A DNA stretch of 64,000 bases from Macrostomum lignano (taxonomy: Eukaryota): positions 1 through 64,000 of the forward strand of contig NIVC01000888.1 of the NCBI GenBank assembly GCA_002269645.1, read 5' to 3'. Position 1 is the stretch's first letter, and each line of letters opens with the position of its first letter. The translations under genes were made by a program, and so were the position numbers. This document shows positions 22,428 to 35,354 of this stretch, piece after piece. Under the pieces are notes generated by a model that saw nothing but the letters and a program-made list of their open reading frames with translations, had not been told where the DNA came from and did no database searches.

Positions 22428-25400
22428 TTAGTGGCGAGCCTAAAAATCAACGAGCAGTAATGATAAAGGAAGTGTTCAGACTCTAACCTCACCCACCTGT
22501 CAGCTGTACACAGACACTCCTATCACCCACCTGTCAGCTGTACACAGACACTCCTATCACCCACCTGTCAGCTGTACACAGACACTCCTATCACCCACCT
22601 GTCAGCTGTACACAGACACTCCTATCACCCACCTGTCAGCTGTACACAGACACTCCTATCACCCACCTGTCAGCTGTACACAGACACTCCTATCACCCAC
22701 CTGTCAGCTGTACACAGACACTCCTATCACCCACCTGTCAGCTGTACACAGACACTCCTATCACCCACCTGTCAGCTGTACACAGACACTCCTATCACCC
22801 ACCTGTCAGCTGTACACAGACACTCCCATCACCCACCTGTCAGCTGTACACAGACACTCCTATCACCCACCTGTCAGCTGTACACAGACACTCCTATCAC
22901 CCACCTGTCAGCTGTACACAGACACTCCTATCACCCACCTGTCAGCTGTACACAGACACTCCTATCACCCACCTGTCAGCTGTACACAGACACTCCTATC
23001 ACCCACCTGTCAGCTGTACACAGACACTCCCATCACCCACCTGTCAGCTGTACACAGACACTCCTATCACCCACCTGTCAGCTGTACACAGACACTCCTA
23101 TCACCCACCTGTCAGCTGTACACAGACACTCCTATCACCCACCTGTCAGCTGTACACAGACACTCCTATCACCCACCTGTCAGCTGTACACAGACACTCC
23201 CATCACCCATCACCCACCTGTCAGCTGTACACAGACACTCCTATCACCCACCTGTCAGCTGTACACAGACACTCCCATTACCCACCTGTCAGCTGTACAC
23301 AGACACTCCCATTACCCACCTGTCAGCTGTACACAGACACTCCCATCACCCACCTGTCAGCTGTACACAGACACTCCCATCACCCACCTGTCAGCTGTAC
23401 ACAGACACTCCCATCACCCACCTGTCAGCTGTACACAGACACTCCTATCACCCACCTGTCAGCTGTACACAGACACTCCCATCACCCACCTGTCAGCTGT
23501 ACACAGACACTCCCATTACCCACCTGTCAGCTGTACACAGACACTCCTATCACCCACCTGTCAGCTGTACACAGACACTCCCATTACCCACCTGTCAGCT
23601 GTACACAGACACTCCTATCACCCACCTGTCAGCTGTACACAGACACTCCCATCACCCACCTGTCAGCTGTACACAGACACTCCCATTACCCACCTGTCAG
23701 CTGTACACAGACACTCCCATCACCCATCACCCACCTGTCAGCTGTACACAGACACTCCTACTATCACCCATCTGTCAGCTGTACACAGACACTCCTATCA
23801 CCCACCTGTCAGCTGTACACAGAAAATCACCCACCTGCTGTGCAGCCTCTTCTTCATCAAAGTCGTTCACTTCGTTGTCTCCGTCGTCATCCTGACACAA
23901 TGTTTGAAAAGAAAATAAATGATTTTTAGAGATAAAAAAGAATAAAAAAATTTGAATAACGTAAGCTGGAGCATTTTAACAAAAAAAACAATTAAAGCTG
24001 TAAAGTTCAAAATCAACAATATAGCAACAAAGCCAAAGGAACATGTTGAACTTTAATTGGCAGCAATTTTTTTCACTGCGCACCTCTTCTTCCTCGTCTT
24101 CGTCGTCAAACTGTGAGAAATGTATTTAAAAAGGAGTTGATAAGCAGTATAAATGTGTTTGCGTGCGAGAACTACTTATAGTAATATAAAAGGCTAGGGA
24201 ATATAAATTTGCAATTATAAAGCAAAAAAAGACGAAATATATAAATAATTTTACACGTTCTACCGTAAATCTGTATTTAAGAAGCTATAGTGAATTTTCG
24301 ATATAGGGAAGTCCCATCCCACACACAGCAGATATCCGCAGTCCCATCCCACACACAGCAGCAGATATCCGCAGTCCCATCCCACACACAGCAGATATCC
24401 GCAGTCCCATCCCACACACAGCAGATATCCGCAGTCCCATCCCACACACAGCAGATATCCGCAGTCCCATCCCACACACAGCAGATATCCGCAGTCCCAT
24501 CCCACACACAGCAGATATCCGCAGTCCCATCCCACACACACAGCAGATATCCGCAACAACCAAAAGAAGTCAGAAGTCAAACTCCGGCCACCCGCCGCCG
24601 CCGCCGCCGCCAATGTCCAGAGGCCGGAAGTAGCGAGCTGGATTTGGCGACAAGGAGGAACCTCGCCGTGGCGGAACCGGCGGCGGCGGCGGAGGCGGCA
24701 CGTGCTGATATTGCGGCAGCTGATGATGAGGCGACGCTAGAAGAGGCATCTCGCAGCACGGCTCGCTGCATGCACGCTGAGGCTGCGGCTTCTCGCTGGA
24801 GCCGAAGCAGTTCAAGGAGAACTTGGCCTCCTGGCACATCCGGCTGCAGAGTTTGGCGGCGCCGTTAACTTGACCAGATTGACGAATCTTCCGCCAGTGC
24901 CAAGTGAATTCAACGATGGCCACTAAAGTCGACACGATGATGCCGCCCACCAGCACTAGGAAAATGCCGCCGATGCTCTGCATGTCGAGTGGATTGGCAT
25001 TCTTCGACTGCTGCGAGTCTTGGCCGCCGCAGATGCCCGTGTCCTTCCACCATTTGTTCTTTAGTGTCTGCGGGATACGGGGATCAGCGGCAGTTTAAGC
25101 GATAGCGATTTTTCTAAACGACAATCCTCAATATAGCAAAAACTTTCAAGCGACATTTCGACCGTACATTTTGACCGTACACAACTGAACCGACATTTTG
25201 AACGACAATAAAAGCGACATTTTGACCGACAACTGAAGCGACATTTCTGACCGACAATTAAAGCGACATTTTCACCAACAACTAAAGCGACATTTTGACG
25301 GACAATTTGAAGAGATATTTTGACCGAAGACTGAAACGACATCTTGAACGAAAACTGAAGCGACACTTTGACCGACAACTGAAGCGACATTTTGACCGAC

Positions 25401-28400
25401 AACTGAAGCGACATTTTGAAACAATAAAAGCGACATTTTGACCGACAACTGAAGCGACATTTTTGACCAACAACTGGAGCGACATTTTTACCAACAACTG
25501 AAGCGACATTTTTACCAACAACTGAAGCGACATTTTGACGGACAACTGAAACGACATTTTGACCGACAATAAAAGAGACATTTTGACCGACAATTAAAGC
25601 GACATTTCGACCGACAACTGAAGCGACATTTTTGATTGACAATTAAAGCGACATTTTACCAACAACTAAAGCGACATTTTGACGGACAGTTTGAAGCGAT
25701 ATTTTGACTGAAGACTGAAACGACATTTTGATGGACAATTTGAAGCGACATTTTGACCGACAAATGAAACGACATTTTGACCGAAAATAAAAGCGACATG
25801 TTGACCGACAATAAAAGCGACATTTTGACCGACAATAAAAGCGACATTTTGACTGACAATTAAAGCAACATTTTGACCGACAACTAAAGCGACATTTTGA
25901 CTGACAATTAAAGCGACATTTTGACCGACAACTGAAGCGACATTTTTGACCGACAATTAAAGCGACATTTTACCAACAACTAAAGCGACATTTTGACGGA
26001 CAGTTTGAAGCGATATTTTGACTGAAGACTGAAACGACATTTTGATGGACAATTTGAAGCGACATTTTGACCGACAAATGAAACGACATTTTGACCGACA
26101 ACTGAAACGACATGTTGACCGACAATAAAGGCGACATGTTAACCGACAATAAAAGCGACATTTTGACCGACAATTAAAGCGACATTTTGACCGACAATTA
26201 AAGCGACATTTTGACCGACAACTAAAGCGACATGTTGACCGACAATAAAAGCGACATTTTGACCGACAATGAAAGCGACATTTTGACCGACAATTAAAGC
26301 GACATTTTGACCGACAACTGAAGCGACATTTTGACCGACAACTGAAGCGACATTTTGACCGACAACTGAAACGACATTTTGACCGACAACTAAAGCGACA
26401 TGTTGACCGACAATGAAAGCGACATTTTGACCGACAATGAAAGCGACATTTTGACTGATAAAGAACTCACCTGCAGTTCCTGGTCCCGCTGCAGCTCTAA
26501 TATCTTCAACGTAAGCAGGTCGCCAAGCTCTTCCCGTTTCGGAGCAACCCCAATTCCGTAGCCTTTGCTATCGATGAGGCCGCCGATCTGCTGCAGATTG
26601 CATTCCCGCTCAATGTGATATTCAATCATAGCCGATTCCATCAGGAAAGCGTAGCCGCCTTTCTTCACCCGCTCGATGCCGGCGCTAGTAGTGGCAGTTT
26701 TCACGCCGGGCCTGGCGCGCATGTACTAGGCCATGCGGGAATAAGTGGCAATGTGAGAAGTCTCAAAGAATGCCTCAGTTGAGCCGCCGCTGAGCAGGCC
26801 GTACTCGATAGCGGTCTGGTTGGACAGCTCCTCGGCATTTTTAATCGGCATCACCACCAGTTCGACAGTGAGAAAGGCGGCCAGATTAGCCGTATAGGAG
26901 CTAATTAATATCAAGGTGAAAAACCACCAGATGACGCCAACTAATCTGCTGCTAGCCGCTCGGGGACTGATATCCGAGCCCTGCTGCATCAGGGTGCCAA
27001 CTGTGAACCAGAATGCGTTGGATAATGACAGTTCGTTCACTAGGTAGGGCGGGTCAGCCACACAAGGGTACGGATTGGTCCATTCGTAGGGCGACAGCCG
27101 GCCCAGCAGGTTAATGATGCCGGTAGTAACCAGGTAGGCCGCCAGCACGCACACCCACACTTCAACCGCTAACGGCATCAGAAAGCTAAACAAGCCTGGC
27201 TTTTCACCTTTCGGCCGTTTAAACAATATGCTAATACCCAGATTCATAAACGGCTTAGTGAAATCAATCACTCGCTCGCGTTCGTAGGTGATGGTGAAGG
27301 AGCCAAGTGCGATGTCGGCCCGGCCGGAGACCAGCTCGGCCATCATGCCGTTCCATTGGCACTGGCAGGGATCAGCCGATCCGTTGCTGGCTAATCTGTC
27401 GTGACAGCCGGGCGGTTTAACGCAGCTACCATATTTATCGTCTGGCGATCGGTACACACTCCATTTCAGGCCCGTTCGATTGGCAATCAATCGAATCATG
27501 TCCACGCAGAAGCCTTCCAGATGATGCGCGTGAAACTCCACCCCGGGCAGGATGTGCCCGCCCGGGCTCAGGTAGCGGGACCGGTGCTCGCGCTTGATCC
27601 ACACAAACGGCTGGGCGGCCACCACCACGGCGCGGAGGCGGCGACCGTGCAGTCGGCCGCCAGTAGGGAAGTCGCCGGAAGTTGACTGCTGGCCAGATGG
27701 CCGCTTCCGGTTGGGCAACTTCAAGCGGCCAGCGGAGTCGCAGCTGGCCAACCGGACCAGTCCGGTGTCCCGACGCTGATGAAGCACTACCAGTCCGCCA
27801 GGGGATTCTGGTCTTGACAAGTTAACCGGCGGCGACTCAATTGGAGCTCGAACGCCTCGACTGAATCGGATGGGGCCGGTTAAACCTGTGCTGGGCAGGT
27901 CCACCGAGTGCAGATAGTTCCACAGGCTGGTGCCTAGTGGCCACGGGGAACTGGCGGCTTGGTTGGGCCTGGCCGAGCAGCGGGAGAAAGCCGAGCCACT
28001 GCTGCCGCTGCCGTTGCCGCCATTGTGAACCAGCTGACGGCTTCTGTGCAAATCGGCCAGAGCTTTTAGCAGCACCTGGGTTAACGGTACATGGAATGTC
28101 CTTTCAAAACTAAAATAGATTTTTGTGAGTGCAAGAAACAACTAGGAAATTAATATTAATAAGAAACTGAAGGCAGCTAGGGAGAAGCCAACTATGAAAG
28201 AAAAAAGATATTAAAGAAGAGGAGAGAAAAGAAAATATAAAGAATGAGACTAGAAAAAGTGAGAAATGAGAAAAGAGGATAGAAAAGAGATGAGAATAGA
28301 AGAGAGATGGGATGAGAAAAGAAGAGAGAAGAGATGAGAGAAGAAGAGACAAGAGATGAGAAACGTAGAGAGAAGAGATGAGAGAAGAGAGAAGAGATGA

Positions 28401-31400
28401 GAAAGGAAAAGAGAAGATATGAGAGAAGAGAGAAAAGATAAGAAAGGAAGAGAGAAGAGATGAGAGAAGAGAGAAAAAAGAAAGAGAGATGGGATGAGAA
28501 AAGAAGAGAGAAGAGAGAAGATATGAGAAACGTAGAGAGAAGAGATGAGAAAAGAGATGAACGAAGATATGAGAAACGTAGAGATAAGAGATGAGAAAAG
28601 AAGAGAAGAGATAAGAAAGAGATAAGAAAAGACAAGAATAAATCAAAGCGAAGATCCCTAAAGCAGTCATACCCTAGCCAACTCACCTGAGCCGCATCGT
28701 ACACCAGCGCCACCTCCAGAGCCAGGTGCCCATCCGGTTCCAACGGCCCGAATTCTTCGTCCTCAGGCCTGACCGCATGGCGGCCGCTATCGCCGCTGTC
28801 ATCCGACGCCGAGCCGACGCCAACGCCTACTCGAAGCTGCCGCTGGCGTTGCCAGTCGCGAAGGCCGGCCAGCACTCGATCGTAGTGCTGCCGATCCGAT
28901 GGCTCCAGTCTAAACGCCGTGATATTGAACAGGCTGCCATGGTAGGCAGCGGCCAGGTGGGCGCTGTTTAAATTAGCCAACACGTAGTGATAGGAGCCGC
29001 CTAGCATGCCCAGCGCGGCAGCGGTTCTTAGAAAATGAGCAGCGCTAGCCGGGCTCAGGTCCAGCACTACGGTGGCCCAGCCGGAGGCTTCAATCTCCGC
29101 TAGCAGGGGCTCAGGCCCGGCCGCTATTGAATACCGCCTAGTGCGCAAGTAGAGAGTCTCAGGCGAAACTCGACGCCTCAATGCCGCTTCTAACCTGAGC
29201 CAGGCTCGTAAATCTTCGTAGACGTAGAGAGCCTCATGCCAATCGAAATAGTCGATAGCGGAGCTCAGACAGGCTGCCAGCTGTTCCAGCGGCGGGTGCA
29301 GACGCAGCAGGAATGGCGGAGCGGCCGACGGCTGGTCGGCTCGGCCAGGTGCGGCCAGAGATTCCGAAGGTCTCAGATCGATAATTGGCGCCTGAGTGGC
29401 GCTAGCAATAGCGGCCAGATCGGCGCTAGTCAGAGCCGGGTGATCAGGGCCGATCAGGGCTAGAGCGCCAGTGTTTAATAGTCCGCAGGCGGCTAGATAG
29501 GCTCTAGTGGCGTCCCTGTCCGGCACCATGGCAACCAGGGGACGCGGACGTATCGATTGAGCGGCGGCCGGACAGCCAGCAGGTGACTCCAGTTCGAAAC
29601 CGAGGTCGGCCAGAGCGAACCGAAGCGCGCTCCGTTTTCTTGCGTCACCGATGGACTGGCCGAACACGGCTCCGATTGGCAGGTCGGCGGCTGCCGGACA
29701 ATCGGAGGCCTCGTTGCTGCTGCCAGCTACTAGAAGCAGACTAAGATGCAATGCCGACAATAGATAATGCATCGTTCACTTGCTACGTGGAGCCATGCGG
29801 TTTAATTTGATGGATTCTAATTTTTTATCAATTTGATAAGCACTGGAAGCTAGAACAGGCTTGACAGGCAGTTTATAATTCCGATATGGGCAGCTGGGGG
29901 GGGGGGAGGAGAGCTCATGCGAGCAGCAGCAAGTCCGCCTAATTAAATATGCGCATTAGCGACTTGGGCAGGTGAGGATGCGCAAATAAAATAGCGAGGT
30001 CAACGTGGGGGGGGGGGGGAACAGTCATGGATCTAAGCAGCTGCGTATGATGTTTCATTGGGTATGGTAATATATTTTAAGGTGGATGCGGGTCAGCTTC
30101 CAGTCTAGGCATCTAAAGGTCCCTGGTAGATTTTGGGTGGGGTGCAGGTGCAGGTCCGCTTCCATTCCAAGCATTTATCAGAGGTCCCTACTAGATTTTA
30201 AGATGGACAGGTCCGCTTCTAGTCCAGGCATCCCCAAGAGGTCCCTGAAAGATTTTGGGGTGGGTACCCACTTCCATTCCAGGCATCCAGAGTCCAGACG
30301 TCCCTGAAATATTTTCCGGTCTGCTTCACTGCTTCCAGTCCAGGCATCCAGACGTCCCTGGTGTATCATTACGTTGCCAAACCAACACTGTAAAGACTAC
30401 GCTTCTGAGTACTACTGACTTAATAGTAGCAAACCGATTTCGTAGTGTTTACATAAAAATAGGTAACATCAGAGAACATTAAAGGTCAAGAATGCTCTAA
30501 CCTCATCATCGTCGTCCAGGCCCTCGCCAGTGAAACACAGCACAGCCCTGGACACAATTCGTTCCCGGATGAAATGCCCAATTTCGAAGTCCGACTGTAG
30601 CAGATTTTCAATCTCCTCGTCCTATAGCAATTTAAAAAGGAAACAAAAGTGAAAAATTACACTTTTAAGTTCGAGCCACGCTACTTTAAGTAACAATATA
30701 GAAATTTAACAGAACTTAAAATAGTTAAAAACGAAAAAAGAAAATCTGGATAAAAATAAAACCCTTTTGCTCTAACCTCGGAATCCTGAGTGGCGGTTAA
30801 GTAAAATTCCATTACTAATTAGATACTAAAGTGCGCTAAGTTTTTAAGTCAAATAACACAAAAAACAATTACGCAGCTTACATCATCATTGAGGTCGTCA
30901 ATGGCTGAAAAAAGGAAGCAAGCATTGTGAATTTATCTTTTGCAGGGTCCATGCACATAAAGTTTTTTTTTACAGTGAAAGGACACATTTTTTCCATAGC
31001 TATTAATCGTAAGTCCTTATCTTATAAACCAGGAAACCCGCAGGATACTAGGGGGGAGATTGTTTATATGCATTTTGAACTACTATTAGTAGTTTTCGTT
31101 TAGTAAAATATTAGAAGTTAGGTTAGGTAGGGGCATGATAACATCTACCAAGCAAATGTAAAAAACCTAGCTTATAGAGGCTTTTGTTTGTTTAAGCGTG
31201 CGTCCAGTAGCTGAAAATCCATAAACTGATGAATCCGCCTCTAGGCCTAATCTGGAATAAAATTTAAATGTCCTTCAACTCACCCTGCGTAGGCGGATTG
31301 AAGAAATTAAAGAACGAATCGGTCTCCACAGTTTTAGTGAGCGTCCGCTTCTGACCGTTGCCGCGATGGCGTTGCACTTTTTTAAGAATCTTCACCGTCA

Positions 31401-32586
31401 CATTCTTGCCTTTGCACCACTGAATGTCGCAGCCGCGGCATCTGTAGATCTCCGGGCCGTCGTAGCTCCACGGCTGGCGCCGGTCGGGCGACATCCGGGT
31501 GAAGTACTGCTTAGTCAGCACACTGTTTGAGAAGTACTCATTCTGTGAGAAGTGGAACTCCAACGTGAAGCCAGTCTGGTCGCCCGAGAACAGGCCGGCC
31601 CTGATGTCGGTCAGGTGCTTCAAAATCGGCTCGTCATGCTCGTGAATCATCTGGCCGATTAGTTCGACATTTTTTAGCACAGTCAGCCAAAATCCCGGCA
31701 GGCCTTTTGCGTCATCAGACAGCTGCGCCGCCGCGGCCGCCGACTTCTCTGTCGTTCCGCCGACGCTGCGAGCCAGAGCGGCCAGCTGCAGTTCGGCCTC
31801 GGAGTCCTCGGGCCAGTCGGCCTCGGCGTCAGTCGGCTCGTACTCTCCCTTCACAATTTTGTAGCGCTTGTCAAACTGCTCAGCGTGAACTGAGGCGTAT
31901 TTCATCTCCAGGGCGTGCAGCTCCCGATAGAAATTCGATTCGATTTCCAGAGTGTGGAATTGCAGCTTCTTTAGGGCGCGTACGCGGCGCTTCATTGACT
32001 CCGGGAGGCTGGACAGTGAGAGTGTGAAGGGTGTATGCACACGACGAGAAAGTCAAGGCCAATGTACAGAGTATTTTGTGTGCTTGAGTACCCATCCGTG
32101 TGCGTGCTCAGAGGTCAGCGGAATTGGACTTTGGCTTACTGTGGTCGACTGTTGCCTTGATTTAAGGCGCAATCTCCTGACTCATTAGCTAACTAACCGA
32201 CAAACAAGCCAGATAAATATGTAAATAAAGTACAATAACAACCATTGCAAGAAGGCTGCGGGCATCCTGGCGCAACACCATCGTCAACATCGTCCCACAG
32301 CCAGCTCCTGAGCACAATACGAGCGCGCCAATACTGTACGCAGGCACGCACTCAGCACACGCTCACACAGGGTGTACAGCGGCCCTGACTTTCTAATCAT
32401 CAGGCATGTACACTCTCTGTGCCTTAGGAACTGGCCTTCGTGGCTGGGAATCGCACGACAACCTCCCGGCCAATTTTCGTGCACACGACCCGTAAATGAA
32501 AGTGGCCGAGCACGAAATCGAACCATTCGTGGGGCCTGGGCTGGCAAAAAAGCCAGGCGTGTTTACTGCTGAGGTGCTGTGGCCCG

Positions 32587-32640
<54 letters not shown>

Positions 32641-32672
32641 CTAACTAACTATCTAACTATCTAACTAACTAT

Positions 32673-32736
<64 letters not shown>

Positions 32737-32820
32737 CTAACTATCTAACTAACTATCTAACTAACTAACTAACTAACTAACTATCTAACTAACTAACTAT
32801 CTAACTATCTAACTAACTAT

Positions 32821-32870
<50 letters not shown>

Positions 32871-33079
32871 GACTGACTAACTAACTAACTGACTAACTAA
32901 CTAACTAACTAACTAACTATCTAACTAACTATCTAACTAACTATCTAACTATCTAACTAACTTACTAACTAAATAACTAACTAACTAACTAACAAAATAA
33001 ATAACTAACTAACTAACTACAAGTAACTACCTAATTAACAAACAAACAAACTAACTAACTATCTAAGTAACTATCTAAG

Positions 33080-33110
<31 letters not shown>

Positions 33111-35030
33111 ATAACTAAATAACTAAAAAAATAACTAAAATAAATAACTAACTAACTAAATAACTAACTAACTAACTAGAAGTAACTACCTAATTAACAA
33201 ACAAACAAACTAACTAACTAACAACTATCTAAGTAACTAACTAACTAACTAAGTAACTAACTAACTAACTAACTAACTAAATAACTAACAAAATAAATAA
33301 CTAACTAACTACAAGTAACTACCTAATTAACTATCTAATTAACTAACAAACAAGTAATGTTCACGGTACTGTATATTGTTGTCACACTTTGCAGGTATCT
33401 AGATAAGGTGGGCTTTAACATTGTCCCTTAATCCTGGGATTCGTACTCGCCCGAAAATATCCTCACCTATTGTAGTAAGCAAACGCATCTAGACGACGCT
33501 CCATAGCTTCAAGCGGATGCGACATGTTTTCGTGCAACTAACAGCAAGTTGAATTTTATCGAATAGTTTTCTAACCAAATACTTTTCCTTTCTAAACATA
33601 GAATCGAAATTCCTCAAACACAATCTTAAACAAGGTTACTAAAATTTTCTCAAATATAAAACTTTAGCATGCTTTCGATAGGAAAAAAATATTTAAACAA
33701 GCTGTTACCGAACCCAACACAGAAGGACAGATCCTGTATAAGCAGTGAGCCTCTATAAGCAGTACGCTCTTCACTGGATTGCGTTGGAAAAGTTATAAAA
33801 AAGTTCAAAACGAAATGCTAAAGCGTTGACTTTACAGTCAATGCACGCAATTAGCCCTCTGCCTTAAAAGTTAAAGCAAGACAAACATTTATAATTGAGG
33901 ATGCCATTTTTATCTGTAAAAGGGTGCCATTTTTATCTGTAAGGATGCCATTTCTATCTGTATGGATGCCATTTCTATCTGTAAGGATGCCATTTCTATC
34001 TGTACGGATGCCATTTCTATCTGTATGGATGCCATTTATATCTTAATGGATGCCATTTATATCTTAATGGATGCCATTTATATCTTAATGAATACCTTGT
34101 TTATCTGTATGAATATGAATGCCATTTCTATCGGTAAGGATGCCATTTCTATCTGTATGAACATGAATGCCATTTCTATCTGTAAGGATGCCATTTCTAT
34201 CTGTATGGATACCATTTCTATCTGTATGGATACCATTTTTATCTGTATGGATGCCATTTCTATCTGTATGGATGCCATTTATATCTTAATGGATGCCATT
34301 TATATCTTAATGGATGCCATTTTTATCTGTATGAATATGGATGCCATTTCTATATCTATCTGTACGGATGCCATTTCTATCTGTAAGGATGCGATTTCTA
34401 TCTGTATGGATGCCATTTCTATCTGTATGGATGCCATTTCTATCTGTATGGATGCCATTTCTATCTGTAAGGATGCGATTTCTATCTGTATGGATGCCAT
34501 TTCTATCTGCATGGATGCCATTTCTATCTGTATGGATGCCATTTCTATCTGTATGGATGCCATTTCTATCTGTATGGGTGCCATTTCTATCTGTATGGAT
34601 GCCATTTCTATCTGTAAGGAATCCATTTTTAACTAAACATTGTCTATGCACTAATCAATTGCTAGTTCGAGCTGTCCACATCTTCATCAGAATATATTTA
34701 TGAAAAGTTTCTTAGGTTGGAAAATGGAATTGATTCCCAGACAAGACTTGGCTCACCTCAGATAGTGACCCATAGCCTGCAGTCTGGCATTGTAGGTGAT
34801 GCTCTGCTGTAGTCGGCCAACCGCCGCGGAGCCGGCCGCGTCCGACATGTCGCCGCTAATTCGAGCTTCGGTGGCTCCTGCATTAATTTATATTTCAAAT
34901 TATACAGCTAAACTATACTACTGAATTGTGTGTGGACAGTAGCATAAAATGAATGTCCTAAAACAGCAAATAGCAATGAAAATACAATACCTTGATTGGC
35001 TTTGGCCTGCAATTTCTGCTGTCCGCTCAT
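22428..35030 (-). CDS. NAP1L: Nucleosome assembly protein 1-like; exons 35030-34991, 34877-34757, 32008-31284, 30904-30882, 30785-30777, 30621-30502, 24110-24084, 23891-23835, and possibly 22439-22428
   Basis: GHYLS|LPESMKRRVRALKKLQ, LPGFWLTVLKN, FTLEFHFSQNEYFSNSVLTKQY, DSFFNFFNPP, SDFEIGHFIRERIVSRAVLCFTGE and an acidic tail match NAP1. Phases are consistent throughout. First and last exons are less certain; the frame is also open upstream to an acceptor near 35078. Confidence 0.88.
22490..23834. repeat. 34-bp minisatellite (about 39 copies) in a 3' intron of NAP1L
   Basis: Minus-strand unit GTGGGTGATAGGAGTGTCTGTGTACAGCTGACAG. Confidence 0.95.
24310..24555. repeat. 30-bp minisatellite (about 8 copies) just 3' of the iGluR stop
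   Basis: Unit TCCCATCCCACACACAGCAGATATCCGCAG. Confidence 0.92.
24570..29772 (-). CDS. Ionotropic glutamate receptor (AMPA/kainate-like), exons 29772-28687, 28075-26471, 25067-24570; in-frame TAG at 26728-26726 (possible pseudogene allele or base error)
   Basis: Signal peptide, ATD, S1 (GFCVDM, DDKYG, WNGM, TITYERERVIDFTKPF), M1, M2 (FWFTVGTLMQQGSDISPR), M3 (SYTANLAAFLT), S2 (GGSTEAFF, YAFLMES, KGYGIG), M4 (IGGIFLVLVGG). Both introns are phase 0 GT-AG. Confidence 0.9.
25150..26458. repeat. 24-bp minisatellite (about 54 copies) in iGluR intron 2
   Basis: Unit GAAGCGACATTTTGACCGACAACT. Confidence 0.95.
28190..28650. repeat. GA-rich low-complexity block in iGluR intron 1
   Basis: (GAGAA/AGATG)n. 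Confidence 0.88.
32588..33350. repeat. (AACT)n microsatellite in a NAP1L intron
   Basis: Long AACT run degenerating to AAAT/ATCT. Confidence 0.95.
33890..34625. repeat. 21-bp minisatellite in a NAP1L intron
   Basis: Unit ATGGATGCCATTTCTATCTGT. Confidence 0.95.
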
Positions 35031-35354
35031 GCTTAATCTCTTTTTTTCGCCGACGCTGACGGGACTCGAGGGTGTGTCTGCAAAACTTATTTAATTATTT
35101 TAAATCGCAAATAGACTGACGAAGACCAAAGTTTAAAGTATTAAAGGTTTCAAACTCAACTTCAAAGCTCTGTGCAGTGTAAAAGTAACTATTGCTAACC
35201 ATAGACACTCGGATTGACAGTGCCACTACATGAAAGATTTTAGACTATATTAACAAGCTGTTGAAACCCGCGGATTTTAAACCTGCTGAATTCTAATCCC
35301 CGGAACTATTTCTACATACACTCTTAGATCTAAATTCAGACTTACGTCATCACC

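Noticed and set aside
18228-26458. Regular direct-repeat arrays resembling CRISPR
   Set aside because: Units are head-to-tail with no unique spacers, there are no cas genes, and the context is spliced eukaryotic genes.
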